Notes: a model not told the origin generated them from the sequence alone. A stretch of DNA of 64,000 nucleotides from an uncultured virus (IMG/VR IMGVR_UViG_3300042892_000790) (IMGVR_UViG_3300042892_000790); one strand, 5' to 3'; numbered from the stretch's first letter, positions 6,841 through 15,761 are shown. Translations and numbers: made by a program.

Positions 6841-7128
6841 GTTTAGATTGGCAAGCCTAGACCCCTAGACCTTTACCGCTGAAGGACTATCAGCGAACCC
6901 GTTGTGCCCCACAATTCACGCCTTATACCACTTTGTTGTACCATCAGCCACCCGTACTATGGGTGGCCTACTCTCCGAGGTTGTGAGCCTCAAGGCGCTC
7001 ATGTCTTTTTGGACTTTTATCAGTATGTCAAAGAACTCCCAAGCAGAGCCGACGCAATGTCGGGGTCTAGAAAGGCTTGGCTATGGAAAGCCCCTCGGGG
7101 CAGACAACCATAGTATGAATCAGAACTC
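6841..7128 (-). ncRNA. long structured 5' leader of the early operon with boxA-like element
   Basis: Stems CUAUGG/CCAUAG, GCCCC/GGGGC, GCCACCC/GGGUGGC, CGCCUU/AAGGCG, CGCUGA/UCAGCG, long-range CUAGACCCC/GGGGUCUAG; GTTCTTTGACATA at 7024-7036. Confidence 0.65.
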
Positions 7129-7132
7129 AATA

Positions 7133-7174
7133 CAATGATACGACCGATTGTTGACAACACCAAACATGTCAACA
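7133..7174 (-). promoter_or_regulatory. putative early promoter (TTTG-N20-TATCATTG) overlapped by palindrome TGTTGACA-N10-TGTCAACA
   Basis: One-mismatch match to the Bacteroidota -33/-7 consensus; perfect 8-bp inverted repeat 7149-7174. Confidence 0.5.
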
Positions 7175-7344
7175 TTTATTTTCAACTTTGTTTAAGGATT
7201 TTCGCAACTGATTTGAAAACCTTGTACGGATTATCGCAACTGACTATCAAGGCCTTGCAGATGGCAGATTCATGATGCGACCATGGGCGAGGTGTAATGG
7301 AAACTCTGAGCGTTTCCGCAGTTTCCGTAGGTCGTGAGCCCAAC

Positions 7345-7520
7345 ACGGGGCGCGGGTCGGGGCACCCACCTAGGGCACGGGCGGGCGGTTAGGGTAGGCA
7401 CGGGGCACCCCCTAGGAAAGGCCAAAAATTCGGGGCAAGGCCGACCCCCCGCACCCCCATGGGGCAAAAATAATCGGTTTTCCCAGCGGCCGGCGCGACG
7501 CAATATGGGGGTATTGCCCA
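7345..7520. other. GC-rich, G-run-rich non-coding tract between divergent operons
   Basis: Many GGG/GGGG runs; far more GC-rich than flanks. Confidence 0.55.
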
Positions 7521-7761
7521 AAACCTCAGCATATCTGGTACTCATCGGTATTGTACTCATAGGTATAAACTGCTCTTAAAAATATCAACCTTTAGGTTTA
7601 CTTTTGCCACATGGCTATAGAAATATCATTACTTTTCCCCTCCGCCTTTTTGATTGGCGTCGAGTACTTCAAGTCGAACTATCCTGGCGAGCACCAAGAG
7701 ATCGACATCAGCTTGTTTTTGTTCAGAATTACTTTTATCTGGTAGTCCCTATCTTTGCGTT

Positions 7762-7944
7762 ATGAAGAAACCATTAAACAATCCAATGCCACCACAGATG
7801 TCTGGCATCGCTAAGATGGCCGAGGCCAAGTCACAGATGAAGCAGATGAAGAAGACCATGATGATGGCAGAAGCCATGGCAATGGCGAAGAGGATGAGCG
7901 ACATGCCGATGACCATGAAGGTGAAAGGCAGCTGCGGTAAGTAG
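7762..7944 (+). CDS. Met/Lys-rich small protein (60 aa, 15 Met)
   Basis: TATCTTTG 4 nt before ATG; terminator follows. Confidence 0.7.
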   Translation: MKKPLNNPMPPQMSGIAKMAEAKSQMKQMKKTMMMAEAMAMAKRMSDMPMTMKVKGSCGK

Positions 7945-7977
7945 TCAAATTGCAAACCCCTTAATTAAGATCACCTA

Positions 7978-8004
7978 AAGGCACCCTGATTTGGGTGCTT
8001 TTTT
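7978..8004 (+). terminator. intrinsic terminator
   Basis: AGGCACCC-TGATTT-GGGTGCTT-TTTT. Confidence 0.75.
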
Positions 8005-8222
8005 GTGTCGCTTTTCGTGGATAAGTGTCGGTTTTGTGTTGACAAGTGTCGATTCTACTTAAAGTGACACTGGAGGTGACATGGGTTAACTCATTGATCT
8101 TTAATTTCTTATCTCTTTTGTGTCGTTTTTTCTCTGTTCAATACTAATAAAAAAAAATATATATAGAATAGTAAATTTATATATATAGAGTAGGAACCCC
8201 TGAAATCGACATATCGACACAA
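8003..8222. repeat. iteron-like GTGTCG array with AT-rich core (origin-like element A)
   Basis: GTGTCG at 8005, 8025, 8046, 8120; inverted CGACA at the right end; A-run/TATATATAG core; homologous to 59905-60123. Confidence 0.65.
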
Positions 8223-8275
8223 ATGAGATTTATCTCATTTATGATGCAATGATCAAGTTTTGCTATCTTTGATCC

Positions 8276-8854
8276 ATGGAACTAACAAGAGAGACCGTCA
8301 TGGCTGCGTGCTATAAATTGGGTCATAAGTATTTTGAGAATGGAGTTTACAATATGAATGTAATTGGTGTCAGAAACTCTGCACCGGGGAAGAAGGTAAC
8401 GAACATCTTCGACGACTGGATGACATTGTCGTACAAGGACGAAAAGGGCGTGTGGCAGTTCCACAAGTGGGCATGCACGACTGATCCGGGTACGAAGGCG
8501 GTAAAGCAGTTCCACAATGCGGGCGGTGTCGCTAGGGTTGTTCCGGGGCAGTACCCTGCCAGCCACTTTGTTGGTCTTCACCAAGGCAAGTACAAGGCAC
8601 TGAAGCAGTGTGGGCCGGTAAAGGTTTACAGGGACGCGAACAAGGACATGGTCTTCGACGAGACCAAGGTTGACACGGGAGTATTTGGTATCAACATCCA
8701 CCATGCGGGCGCCGACTCGGCGGTGGTAGAGAACTGGAGCGAGGGATGTCAGGTGTTCAAGCGGATCAAGGACTTCGATGAGTTCATGCGGATCGTGCAA
8801 TTGGACAAGGGCGAGAAGTGGACATACACATTGATCGAGAGTAAAGATTTATAA
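8276..8854 (+). CDS. L,D-transpeptidase (YkuD)-like peptidoglycan enzyme, probable endolysin
   Basis: GINIH...WSEGCQV His/Cys catalytic motif. Confidence 0.65.
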   Translation: MELTRETVMAACYKLGHKYFENGVYNMNVIGVRNSAPGKKVTNIFDDWMTLSYKDEKGVWQFHKWACTTDPGTKAVKQFHNAGGVARVVPGQYPASHFVGLHQGKYKALKQCGPVKVYRDANKDMVFDETKVDTGVFGINIHHAGADSAVVENWSEGCQVFKRIKDFDEFMRIVQLDKGEKWTYTLIESKDL

Positions 8855-8870
8855 GTATATTTGTACCATT

Positions 8871-9083
8871 ATGCCAAAAGAACAAAAAAGAGATTTCCCA
8901 CTAAGCCCGACACCCAAGACTGGAACGACCCCGGTTTATCGTATTGAGAAACCGAGCAAGGGATACCAAGACAGTGTTTCCGCTTACAACATCACAAAGA
9001 ACCCTAACTTTAAGCCAAAGGCCCCGGCCAAGACATACGTGAAGGACGTGCCATCTAGCAGCATCAAGTTCAAGAAGAAATGA
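8871..9083 (+). CDS. small basic protein
   Basis: K/P-rich; own TATATTTG promoter. Confidence 0.6.
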   Translation: MPKEQKRDFPLSPTPKTGTTPVYRIEKPSKGYQDSVSAYNITKNPNFKPKAPAKTYVKDVPSSSIKFKKK

Positions 9084-9403
9084 AGAACAAGGTAAACCCA
9101 TACCCACTTGTTGGTCCTCAAACAAAGAGAGAGACCAAGAAGGTATCTAAGGCTGCCCCAAAAGTACCAATGACGGTATCTGGAACAGCTACTGCGAAGG
9201 CGGCCAAGAAGAAAGAGAGAATGAAAAACATTGCTTCTATTGGCAGTGCTGTCGTGGGGACCATTGGTATGATTGCAGCTGACGCTAGATTAGCCCGTGG
9301 AAAGAACAGGTATTACAGCGAAAATCCACAACACAACACCCCTAATCCGACAACGAGGCAGAAATGGGACATGGGTAAAAACAAAAAATCAACAAAGAAA
9401 TAA
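9080..9403 (+). CDS. small basic protein
   Basis: K-rich, ATGA overlap. Confidence 0.6.
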   Translation: MKNKVNPYPLVGPQTKRETKKVSKAAPKVPMTVSGTATAKAAKKKERMKNIASIGSAVVGTIGMIAADARLARGKNRYYSENPQHNTPNPTTRQKWDMGKNKKSTKK

Positions 9404-10002
9404 TGGCAACTCCTGGACCAATTAGGCAGAAGATCAAGGCAAGGCTTACACGCACAAGTAACGTGGTAGGTGCTAAGGCAAAAGAGGCGAGAGGCATTAT
9501 CAAGTCAGAGGCCAATGTTGTTAAGTCTGACATCCGTGAAAGAGCTGCTAACGCAGTAGACGACAGCACCCTTGGATACGTAAAGAGACAGTCTCGAGTG
9601 TCTGAGAGAAAAGCCGAAAGAACAAAGAGGATTGCGGCTAGAAACAATACGGGTATTGTTATCAGTAAGTCTAACCCAGACACCCTAGACAAACGGAAAA
9701 GGGTTGCTCGCGAGCAAATCAAGGCTGGCTTTACCCAGAACACAATAAAGGGAAAGACCAATCGTGAGGTGAACAAGATTGCAGATCGTTACAGGAAAGA
9801 GATATTGTCTAGACCACAGACCGACGCTCAGAGGAAAAAAAGAGACTCAAAGCTACAGAGGAACGCGATCATCGGTAACACTAGTATCGGAGCTGGAAGC
9901 AAGAGCGGTCCAAGCACTGCAGACATGCAGAAGGTATGCCCAAGGAACGCCACCAATGGTGGAAAGAAGGGTACCTGTGCACCTAAAATGAAGAAGAAAT
10001 AA
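9403..10002 (+). CDS. highly basic K/R-rich protein
   Basis: 199-aa ORF, TAATG overlap. Confidence 0.65.
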   Translation: MATPGPIRQKIKARLTRTSNVVGAKAKEARGIIKSEANVVKSDIRERAANAVDDSTLGYVKRQSRVSERKAERTKRIAARNNTGIVISKSNPDTLDKRKRVAREQIKAGFTQNTIKGKTNREVNKIADRYRKEILSRPQTDAQRKKRDSKLQRNAIIGNTSIGAGSKSGPSTADMQKVCPRNATNGGKKGTCAPKMKKK

Positions 10003-10020
10003 TCTTATATTTGTAATACT

Positions 10021-10215
10021 ATGATGTACCCTAAGAACCCAGGAAAGCCTACAGGAATGAAGGTTTCTCCAAAAGATGCAGCCTCTGCAAAAGCGAAGTT
10101 TGCTAAAATGAAAGAAAACAGTCCTAAAAAGGTATCTATTACTGCAGAAGGCATGTCTCCAAGAGAGATGAAAAAAGTCAATAAGAGCATGACCAAGATG
10201 GTCAAGAAGAAATAA
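10021..10215 (+). CDS. small basic K/M-rich protein
   Basis: Promoter at 10006; terminator follows. Confidence 0.6.
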   Translation: MMYPKNPGKPTGMKVSPKDAASAKAKFAKMKENSPKKVSITAEGMSPREMKKVNKSMTKMVKKK

Positions 10216-10235
10216 ATTTTACGACAATTTGACAT

Positions 10236-10260
10236 AAAGGGGCCTAATGGTCCCTTTTTT
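10236..10260 (+). terminator. intrinsic terminator
   Basis: AAAGGGGCC-TAAT-GGTCCCTTT-TTT. Confidence 0.7.
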
Positions 10261-10288
10261 GTTTATATTTGCACAAATTAAATCAAAT

Positions 10289-11860
10289 ATGATCGTTAAA
10301 GAAGTTGAATTTGGGGCCGAGGCCCGTGAAAAGCTAGTGTCTGGTATAGACATTATAGCAAATGCCGTAAAGAGCACCTTGGGTGCACGTGGACAGACCG
10401 TTCTGATCGAGTCAGACCAGTACACACACGGTATCCACATCACAAAAGACGGGGTCAGTGTGGCTAGGTCCATCATCTTGGACGACCCCACGCAGAACCT
10501 TGCGGTACAAATGGTAAAAGAGGCATCCGAGAAGACGGCGACAGCTGCTGGAGACGGTACCACGACCTCGATTGTGCTGACACAAGGGCTGATCCATGGC
10601 TCTCAGCAGTTCATGAAGGCCGAAGACAACCCGACAAAGGTGTTGAGAGAGGTAAAAGAGCTAGCACTGTCAGTTGCGCAGGCATTGGACACGATGGCTA
10701 TCCCTGTTACAGACGATTCTATGGCCTCTGTAGCCACGATCTCTGCCAACAATGACCCAGAGCTAGGGCAGATCATCTCAGACGCTTACAGCATGGTTGG
10801 AAAGGACGGCGTGGTGACCGTTGAGACGTCTCAAAGCTCAAAGACTTACTCTGAGGTGGTATCTGGCATGAAGCTGGGCCGCGGATGGATGTCAAAGTAC
10901 TTCGTGACTGACCAGAAGAAGGGAGAGGCGATCCTAGAGGACTGCTACATCTTGATATCTGACCAGGAGATTACATCATTGAACAATATCGAGCACCTGC
11001 TGGCACCGGTGGTGCAGAGCGGCAAGAGTATACTCATTATCGCCGAGATGTCGGAGAACGCTCTGAACTCTCTTAACCTTAACAGGTTGAAGGGCGTGAT
11101 CAGGGCATGTGCGATCGTTCCACCGAGCTTCGGACACATGAGATCCGAGATCATGGAGGACATCGCAGCAGCTACCGGAGCACGATTCATCTCTGACGGA
11201 ACGGGAGATAATTTATCTCTCGTATCCTTTACTGATTTAGGCCATGCCCAGAAGGTGGTGGTCGGAAAGGAGTCGACGATCGTTATCACTGATAACGATC
11301 TGTCTGACGAGTTATCGTTACGTATCGAGGGCATCCGCAATAACCTGGCAGAGGCTACCAACGAGGGTGTGAAGAAGTTCTTGGAGGAGAGGCTCGCTAA
11401 CCTTGCGGGTGGTGTTGGCGTTATCCACGTCGGAGCGCAGAGCGATGTCGAGATGAAGGAGAAGAGGGACCGTGTAGAGGACGCAGTGTACGCGACCAAG
11501 GCAGCGATGGAGGGAGGCATTCTGCCTGGAGGTGGTATTGCACTGTTGAACATAGCCGGAGAGATCTGCGGATGCTCTACAGCTAAGAGCATTATCAAGT
11601 ACGCACTGCAGCAGCCATTCAATACGATCTTAGAGAACGGCGGGTATGACCCGAACGAGGTGAAGGGGGACATTGCCCTAAACTATCAAAATAGTTTCGG
11701 GTATGGCTTCGACGTGAAGGAGGGAGTTGTAGGGAACATGATCGAGATGGGAATCATCGACCCTTTGAAGGTTACCAAGAGCGCACTGGAGAACGCTGTA
11801 AGCGTTGCAACGACGATCTTGAGCACCAACTGTATCATCACTAACGTAAGAGCAAAATGA
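10289..11860 (+). CDS. groEL: chaperonin GroEL
   Basis: TLGARG, ITKDGVSVA, AGDGTTT, GGVGVIHVGA, GGGIAL, GIIDPLKV. Confidence 0.97.
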   Translation: MIVKEVEFGAEAREKLVSGIDIIANAVKSTLGARGQTVLIESDQYTHGIHITKDGVSVARSIILDDPTQNLAVQMVKEASEKTATAAGDGTTTSIVLTQGLIHGSQQFMKAEDNPTKVLREVKELALSVAQALDTMAIPVTDDSMASVATISANNDPELGQIISDAYSMVGKDGVVTVETSQSSKTYSEVVSGMKLGRGWMSKYFVTDQKKGEAILEDCYILISDQEITSLNNIEHLLAPVVQSGKSILIIAEMSENALNSLNLNRLKGVIRACAIVPPSFGHMRSEIMEDIAAATGARFISDGTGDNLSLVSFTDLGHAQKVVVGKESTIVITDNDLSDELSLRIEGIRNNLAEATNEGVKKFLEERLANLAGGVGVIHVGAQSDVEMKEKRDRVEDAVYATKAAMEGGILPGGGIALLNIAGEICGCSTAKSIIKYALQQPFNTILENGGYDPNEVKGDIALNYQNSFGYGFDVKEGVVGNMIEMGIIDPLKVTKSALENAVSVATTILSTNCIITNVRAK

Positions 11861-12120
11861 GAGCTATAGGAAAGTACATCGTGATTGATCCGATCGTTGA
11901 GGAGACTAAGTCTCAGTCTGGTCTGATCATGACAAATGACGATGAGAACGAGCTCAGGTACGGCAAGGCCCACGTAGTACACGTGGGCGGGGATGTTGTA
12001 TCTGACATCGCTAGTACTTCTATCGTATATTACGATAGAAGGGCTGGCCACGGCGTTAGAATTCAGAGTCGTCAGTATCATATAATACTTGAGCGGGACG
12101 TTGTTCTCGTTCTAGATTGA
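11857..12120 (+). CDS. groES: co-chaperonin GroES
   Basis: MRAIGKYIVIDP...SGLI...VVHVG...ILERDVVLVL; directly after groEL. Confidence 0.85.
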   Translation: MRAIGKYIVIDPIVEETKSQSGLIMTNDDENELRYGKAHVVHVGGDVVSDIASTSIVYYDRRAGHGVRIQSRQYHIILERDVVLVLD

Positions 12121-12523
12121 TCCTATTCATGAATATGGAGTGGTACTTCTGCGTGTAATTTTCTCTCTTGTGGACCGGGTTCTCAGCAGGATCGTCTGAG
12201 AAGCTGGTCTGCTCTAGTACCAGATCAAACAATTCCTTCATTATCTTGTCTGTCTTGACAGAGCACTGGTAGATAACGCCGAGCTTACGGGAGGAGTCCT
12301 TGTGGAACTTAATAAATCCTCGAGACTTCATGTCTGCGAATAGCCTTGCCTGCCACTTCATGGTGCATGCGAAGTCGTACAGTACTCTGAGGCGGAATGT
12401 ACGGGTACCGTGGATGAAGATCAGGATGTCGACCTGCGTAGAGGACAGGTTATACTTCTCCATGTAAAGTCTTTTAATAATCGGCAGGTACCTGACGTAC
12501 CGAGCCATTTCAATTGAGTCCAT
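12056..12523 (-). CDS. winged-helix (MarR-like) DNA-binding protein
   Basis: YNLSSTQVDILIFI...RGFI...IYQCSVK pattern; lone antisense gene in the late region. Confidence 0.5.
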   Translation of the reverse strand: MDSIEMARYVRYLPIIKRLYMEKYNLSSTQVDILIFIHGTRTFRLRVLYDFACTMKWQARLFADMKSRGFIKFHKDSSRKLGVIYQCSVKTDKIMKELFDLVLEQTSFSDDPAENPVHKRENYTQKYHSIFMNRINLEREQRPAQVLYDTDDSEF

Positions 12524-12585
12524 TTGAGTTTAAATTAGTTCACAATTATTTTAATTGTGAAACAAATTTAGACTATTTTTGCTAC

Positions 12586-12750
12586 ATGGACAAGCAAAAG
12601 GGATTAGGCGACACAGTCGCGGCCATTACCAAGGCCACCGGGATCGAAGCTTTGGTTAAAGGCATCTTCGGAGAGAACTGCGGATGCGACGCACGGCAGG
12701 AAGCTTTGAATAAGTTGGTTCCGTACCAAAAGGGAGAGAAGAAGAAGTAG
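12586..12750 (+). CDS. small phage protein with CGC motif
   Basis: GLGDTVAAITKATGI...CGCDARQEALN; promoter 4 nt upstream. Confidence 0.7.
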   Translation: MDKQKGLGDTVAAITKATGIEALVKGIFGENCGCDARQEALNKLVPYQKGEKKK

Positions 12751-12793
12751 ATATCACGACAATGTCGTGATATATCGTTATATTTGCACTATT

Positions 12794-13051
12794 ATGTATC
12801 AGAAATTACAAGCCGGTCGTGCCGCTGCGGTAACACCATCAAACACAGTAGATATCCCATCAGTATCTGGTGGTACTAGCAATAATGGCTGCGTATTGTA
12901 CGTGGGCGGAGCTGGTGACTTGAAAGTAGACACCGTTGGCGGGGATGAAGTTACATTTGTCGCTGTTCCAGCTGGGTCTTTTATCCCGGTACAGGTGACA
13001 CGTGTGTACGCTACCGGAACAAGTGCAACTAGTATCGTAGCCCTCTGGTAG
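12794..13051 (+). CDS. small beta-rich virion (spike-base-like) protein
   Basis: AVTPS...LYVGGAGDLKV...PVQVTRVYATGTSAT.IVALW. Confidence 0.65.
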   Translation: MYQKLQAGRAAAVTPSNTVDIPSVSGGTSNNGCVLYVGGAGDLKVDTVGGDEVTFVAVPAGSFIPVQVTRVYATGTSATSIVALW

Positions 13052-13071
13052 ACTGCCCCGCCATATACTTA

Positions 13072-13653
13072 ATGAGTTGGGACAACTGTCCCTACCATTA
13101 CTATGGACAGGCCGTAAACTTCAAACAGAGAGCGTCGTCTCACCTAAGAACGATGAGGTCTGGAAAGCACAAGAACCCAAGAGTACAAGCTATTTTTAAT
13201 AAGTACGGAGATCCAAAGATTGAGATTATAGTGTACTGCTCTATCGAGGAACTAAACAGGATGGAGCAGATATTTTTAGACACTTATCACGGAATGCCAT
13301 TTTGTTTAAACATAGACCCGATTGCGTCTTCAAGAAAGGGATGCGTTCCATCTGATCAACAAAAAAGAAAACAATCCCAGTCTATGACCGGGAGATTTGT
13401 GGGTGATAAAAACCCATACTACGGAATGTCTCACAGTGAAGAGACGATCAAGAAAATGAAGCTGGCATGGACAAAGAGATCCAAAAGGGTAACCAATTCA
13501 TGTATTTTACTAAACAAAGAGACCGGAATATTTTACGAGAGCATGGTAGAGGCTGCAAGGTCCATCAGTATGAATGTAAAAACCTTTAGAAATTACTTCA
13601 TGACCAAACCTCGTGGTAAATATGCAAAAGACTTTTGTTTCATAAAGGTTTAG
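13072..13653 (+). mobile_element. free-standing GIY-YIG homing endonuclease with NUMOD3 repeats
   Basis: (AIY)...YYGQA..R...H...H.N...FNKYG...EQ; NUMOD3-like NPYYGMSHSEETIKKM. Confidence 0.75.
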
Positions 13654-13666
13654 TATCTTTGTAAGG

Positions 13667-14689
13667 ATGATTGGAATTGCAATAGCAAATAGTATAGGTA
13701 TTCGGCGCTCATCCAGTTCTGCCCCAGTAGTCCCAATAGCGACTGCTGCGACCGGCATTGGACAAACTTCATTTACTGCAAACTGGAACGCTTTTACTGG
13801 AGCTTCTTACTATTTGCTTGACGTTTCATTAAACTCTTCTTTTTCATCATTTGTCGGATCATACCAAAACTTTGTCGTACTTTCTACTTCTCAGTTGGTG
13901 AGTGGTCTGACTGCAAGCACAACTTACTATTACAGACTGCGTGCAGCCACAGGCGTTGACGCTGACGCTGCTGCTTTCTTTAGTCGTGTATACACAGCAG
14001 GTGGTGCATTGTCCTACACAGAGGTGAGCGCTACCGAGACATTGGTTTCTACCATGAAAGCAGACGGAATTTGGACGGCCATGCGTGCTGTGTATCCCAT
14101 GGTTGGGGCAAGTGCGGCAGCGTGTGCGCAAAACTTAAAGAGTGCAAGTTTTACAGGTGCTTTTTTTGGAGGTGTAACTTTTGCAAGTACAGGCATAACC
14201 AGTAATGGGACTACGGGATATTTTGGTACTACCTATAATCCTAGTGTAAGCGGTTTATTAGATTCCGCACATTTAAGCGTTTATTCAAGGACAAATAATG
14301 GAGGCGCAAATGTTGACTTTGGTTCGAATGCACCGGCGCATTTTTTAACATACAATTTTGGTAATTTTGCTGGCTTAAATTCAAACGATAGCCCGACTTT
14401 TTCCACATTTCCAACATCCGATGGAATGTTGATTGGGTCAAGGACTGTCTCTACAGAGGCTAGATTTTTTCATAAAGGAGGTGCGGCTGTTGTTAGCACA
14501 AGAACATCAACTTCACGACCTAATCAGCCCTTAAGTTTATGTGCGTTGAATAATAATGGTAGTAATGCTTTTTTTACAACAAGAGAATACGCTTTTGCTT
14601 CAATAGGTGACGGATTAACCGATACACAAGCGGGTAATTTTTATACCGCAGTTCAAGCGTTTCAAACAACACTTTCAAGGCAAATATAA
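13667..14689 (+). CDS. virion fibre/decoration protein (FN3 + lectin-like domain)
   Basis: FN3 motif TSFTANW...YLLDVS...SGLTASTTYYYRLRA; S/T/G-rich. Confidence 0.7.
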   Translation: MIGIAIANSIGIRRSSSSAPVVPIATAATGIGQTSFTANWNAFTGASYYLLDVSLNSSFSSFVGSYQNFVVLSTSQLVSGLTASTTYYYRLRAATGVDADAAAFFSRVYTAGGALSYTEVSATETLVSTMKADGIWTAMRAVYPMVGASAAACAQNLKSASFTGAFFGGVTFASTGITSNGTTGYFGTTYNPSVSGLLDSAHLSVYSRTNNGGANVDFGSNAPAHFLTYNFGNFAGLNSNDSPTFSTFPTSDGMLIGSRTVSTEARFFHKGGAAVVSTRTSTSRPNQPLSLCALNNNGSNAFFTTREYAFASIGDGLTDTQAGNFYTAVQAFQTTLSRQI

Positions 14690-14916
14690 TGATAGGTTAC
14701 ATTTTAACAATTGAACAAAAAGATTCAATACAAGGTGTGCAATTTGCACCTTATGAATACTTCAATTGCGTTCAAGATATCAATGGAGTTTGGTTTAATT
14801 TCATGACCGAGGCACAAAAAAAGGAAATTCTAAACACTGCTTGGAGTTGGATCCTCACGCTTCCAGAAGCCGAGTACGTACCACCACCAGCACCACCATT
14901 CCCCCCTACTGAATAA
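14689..14916 (+). CDS. small fibre-associated protein
   Basis: Follows fibre gene; Pro-rich C-terminus. Confidence 0.6.
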   Translation: MIGYILTIEQKDSIQGVQFAPYEYFNCVQDINGVWFNFMTEAQKKEILNTAWSWILTLPEAEYVPPPAPPFPPTE

Positions 14917-15761
14917 TGCCAATCACAGGATACTCAAATACCATCTCAGTAACAACACTGGCACCGAGCCTGCTGCTAGACCTATACCCATCGGCTGCTG
15001 CTGCTTACTCAGTCCGTAAATTGCGTAATGCTTATTCTGGTAGTGCTATTCGCGTGCGTAGGTCAAGCGACAATACAGAACAAGACATAGGGTTTAGTAG
15101 TGGCAATTTAGATACAACTGCGTTGACTTCTTTTTGCAGTGGTACAAATGGTTTTGTAACAACTTGGTATGACCAAAGTGGAAATGGATATAACGCAATT
15201 CAAGGTACCGCAGCCAATCAACCAAGAATAGTTACAAGTGGCTCTGTATTAACAACAAACGGAAAACCTTCTGCATTGTTTGATGGAACTAATGATAGTT
15301 TAGATACAACAGGAACGCCATTTTCTGCAACTGAGAATACTTTAATTGCAGTATCTAAACTCGATTCTGTGAGCGCGACTTATAAAAGATTGTTTTGCGT
15401 AGGGCGTTATAATGATGGTCGGTATTTGGGAAGTAATATAAGCACTGATGACATGTTAGCCATTTTTAACAATTCGACATTAACTTGTTTTGGAGGTGTT
15501 GCAACTACTCAAAATTTGTCAATTATGTATAACAATGGAACCAATGGCGTGTTGTGGCAAAATGGCGCTCAAATAAATACTGTAACCGCGAGTAATAGTA
15601 GTTATGGAAATGAAAATATATATCTTGGAAGTGATAGTGCACCATTAATGACAGAGTATTGGTATGGCATCGCACAAGAATTTATTTATTACCCAACAAG
15701 CCAATCATCAAATTTATCAGGAATCGGAACCAATATAAATACTTATTATGGCATCTATTAA
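14916..15761 (+). CDS. LamG/concanavalin-like fibre protein
   Basis: AAYSVRKL...IRVRRSSDN.EQDIGF...WYDQSGNG..A.Q....QP. Confidence 0.75.
   Translation: MPITGYSNTISVTTLAPSLLLDLYPSAAAAYSVRKLRNAYSGSAIRVRRSSDNTEQDIGFSSGNLDTTALTSFCSGTNGFVTTWYDQSGNGYNAIQGTAANQPRIVTSGSVLTTNGKPSALFDGTNDSLDTTGTPFSATENTLIAVSKLDSVSATYKRLFCVGRYNDGRYLGSNISTDDMLAIFNNSTLTCFGGVATTQNLSIMYNNGTNGVLWQNGAQINTVTASNSSYGNENIYLGSDSAPLMTEYWYGIAQEFIYYPTSQSSNLSGIGTNINTYYGIY

Noticed and set aside
6792..7128. tmRNA, RNase P RNA or group I intron
   Set aside because: The acceptor stem is local rather than formed by 5'/3' ends; no tag ORF, P4 or P7 signature recognised
7270..7579. ORFs 7270..7560 (-) and 7334..7579 (+)
   Set aside because: G/P/R-rich by-products of the GC-rich tract, with no promoter or leader context
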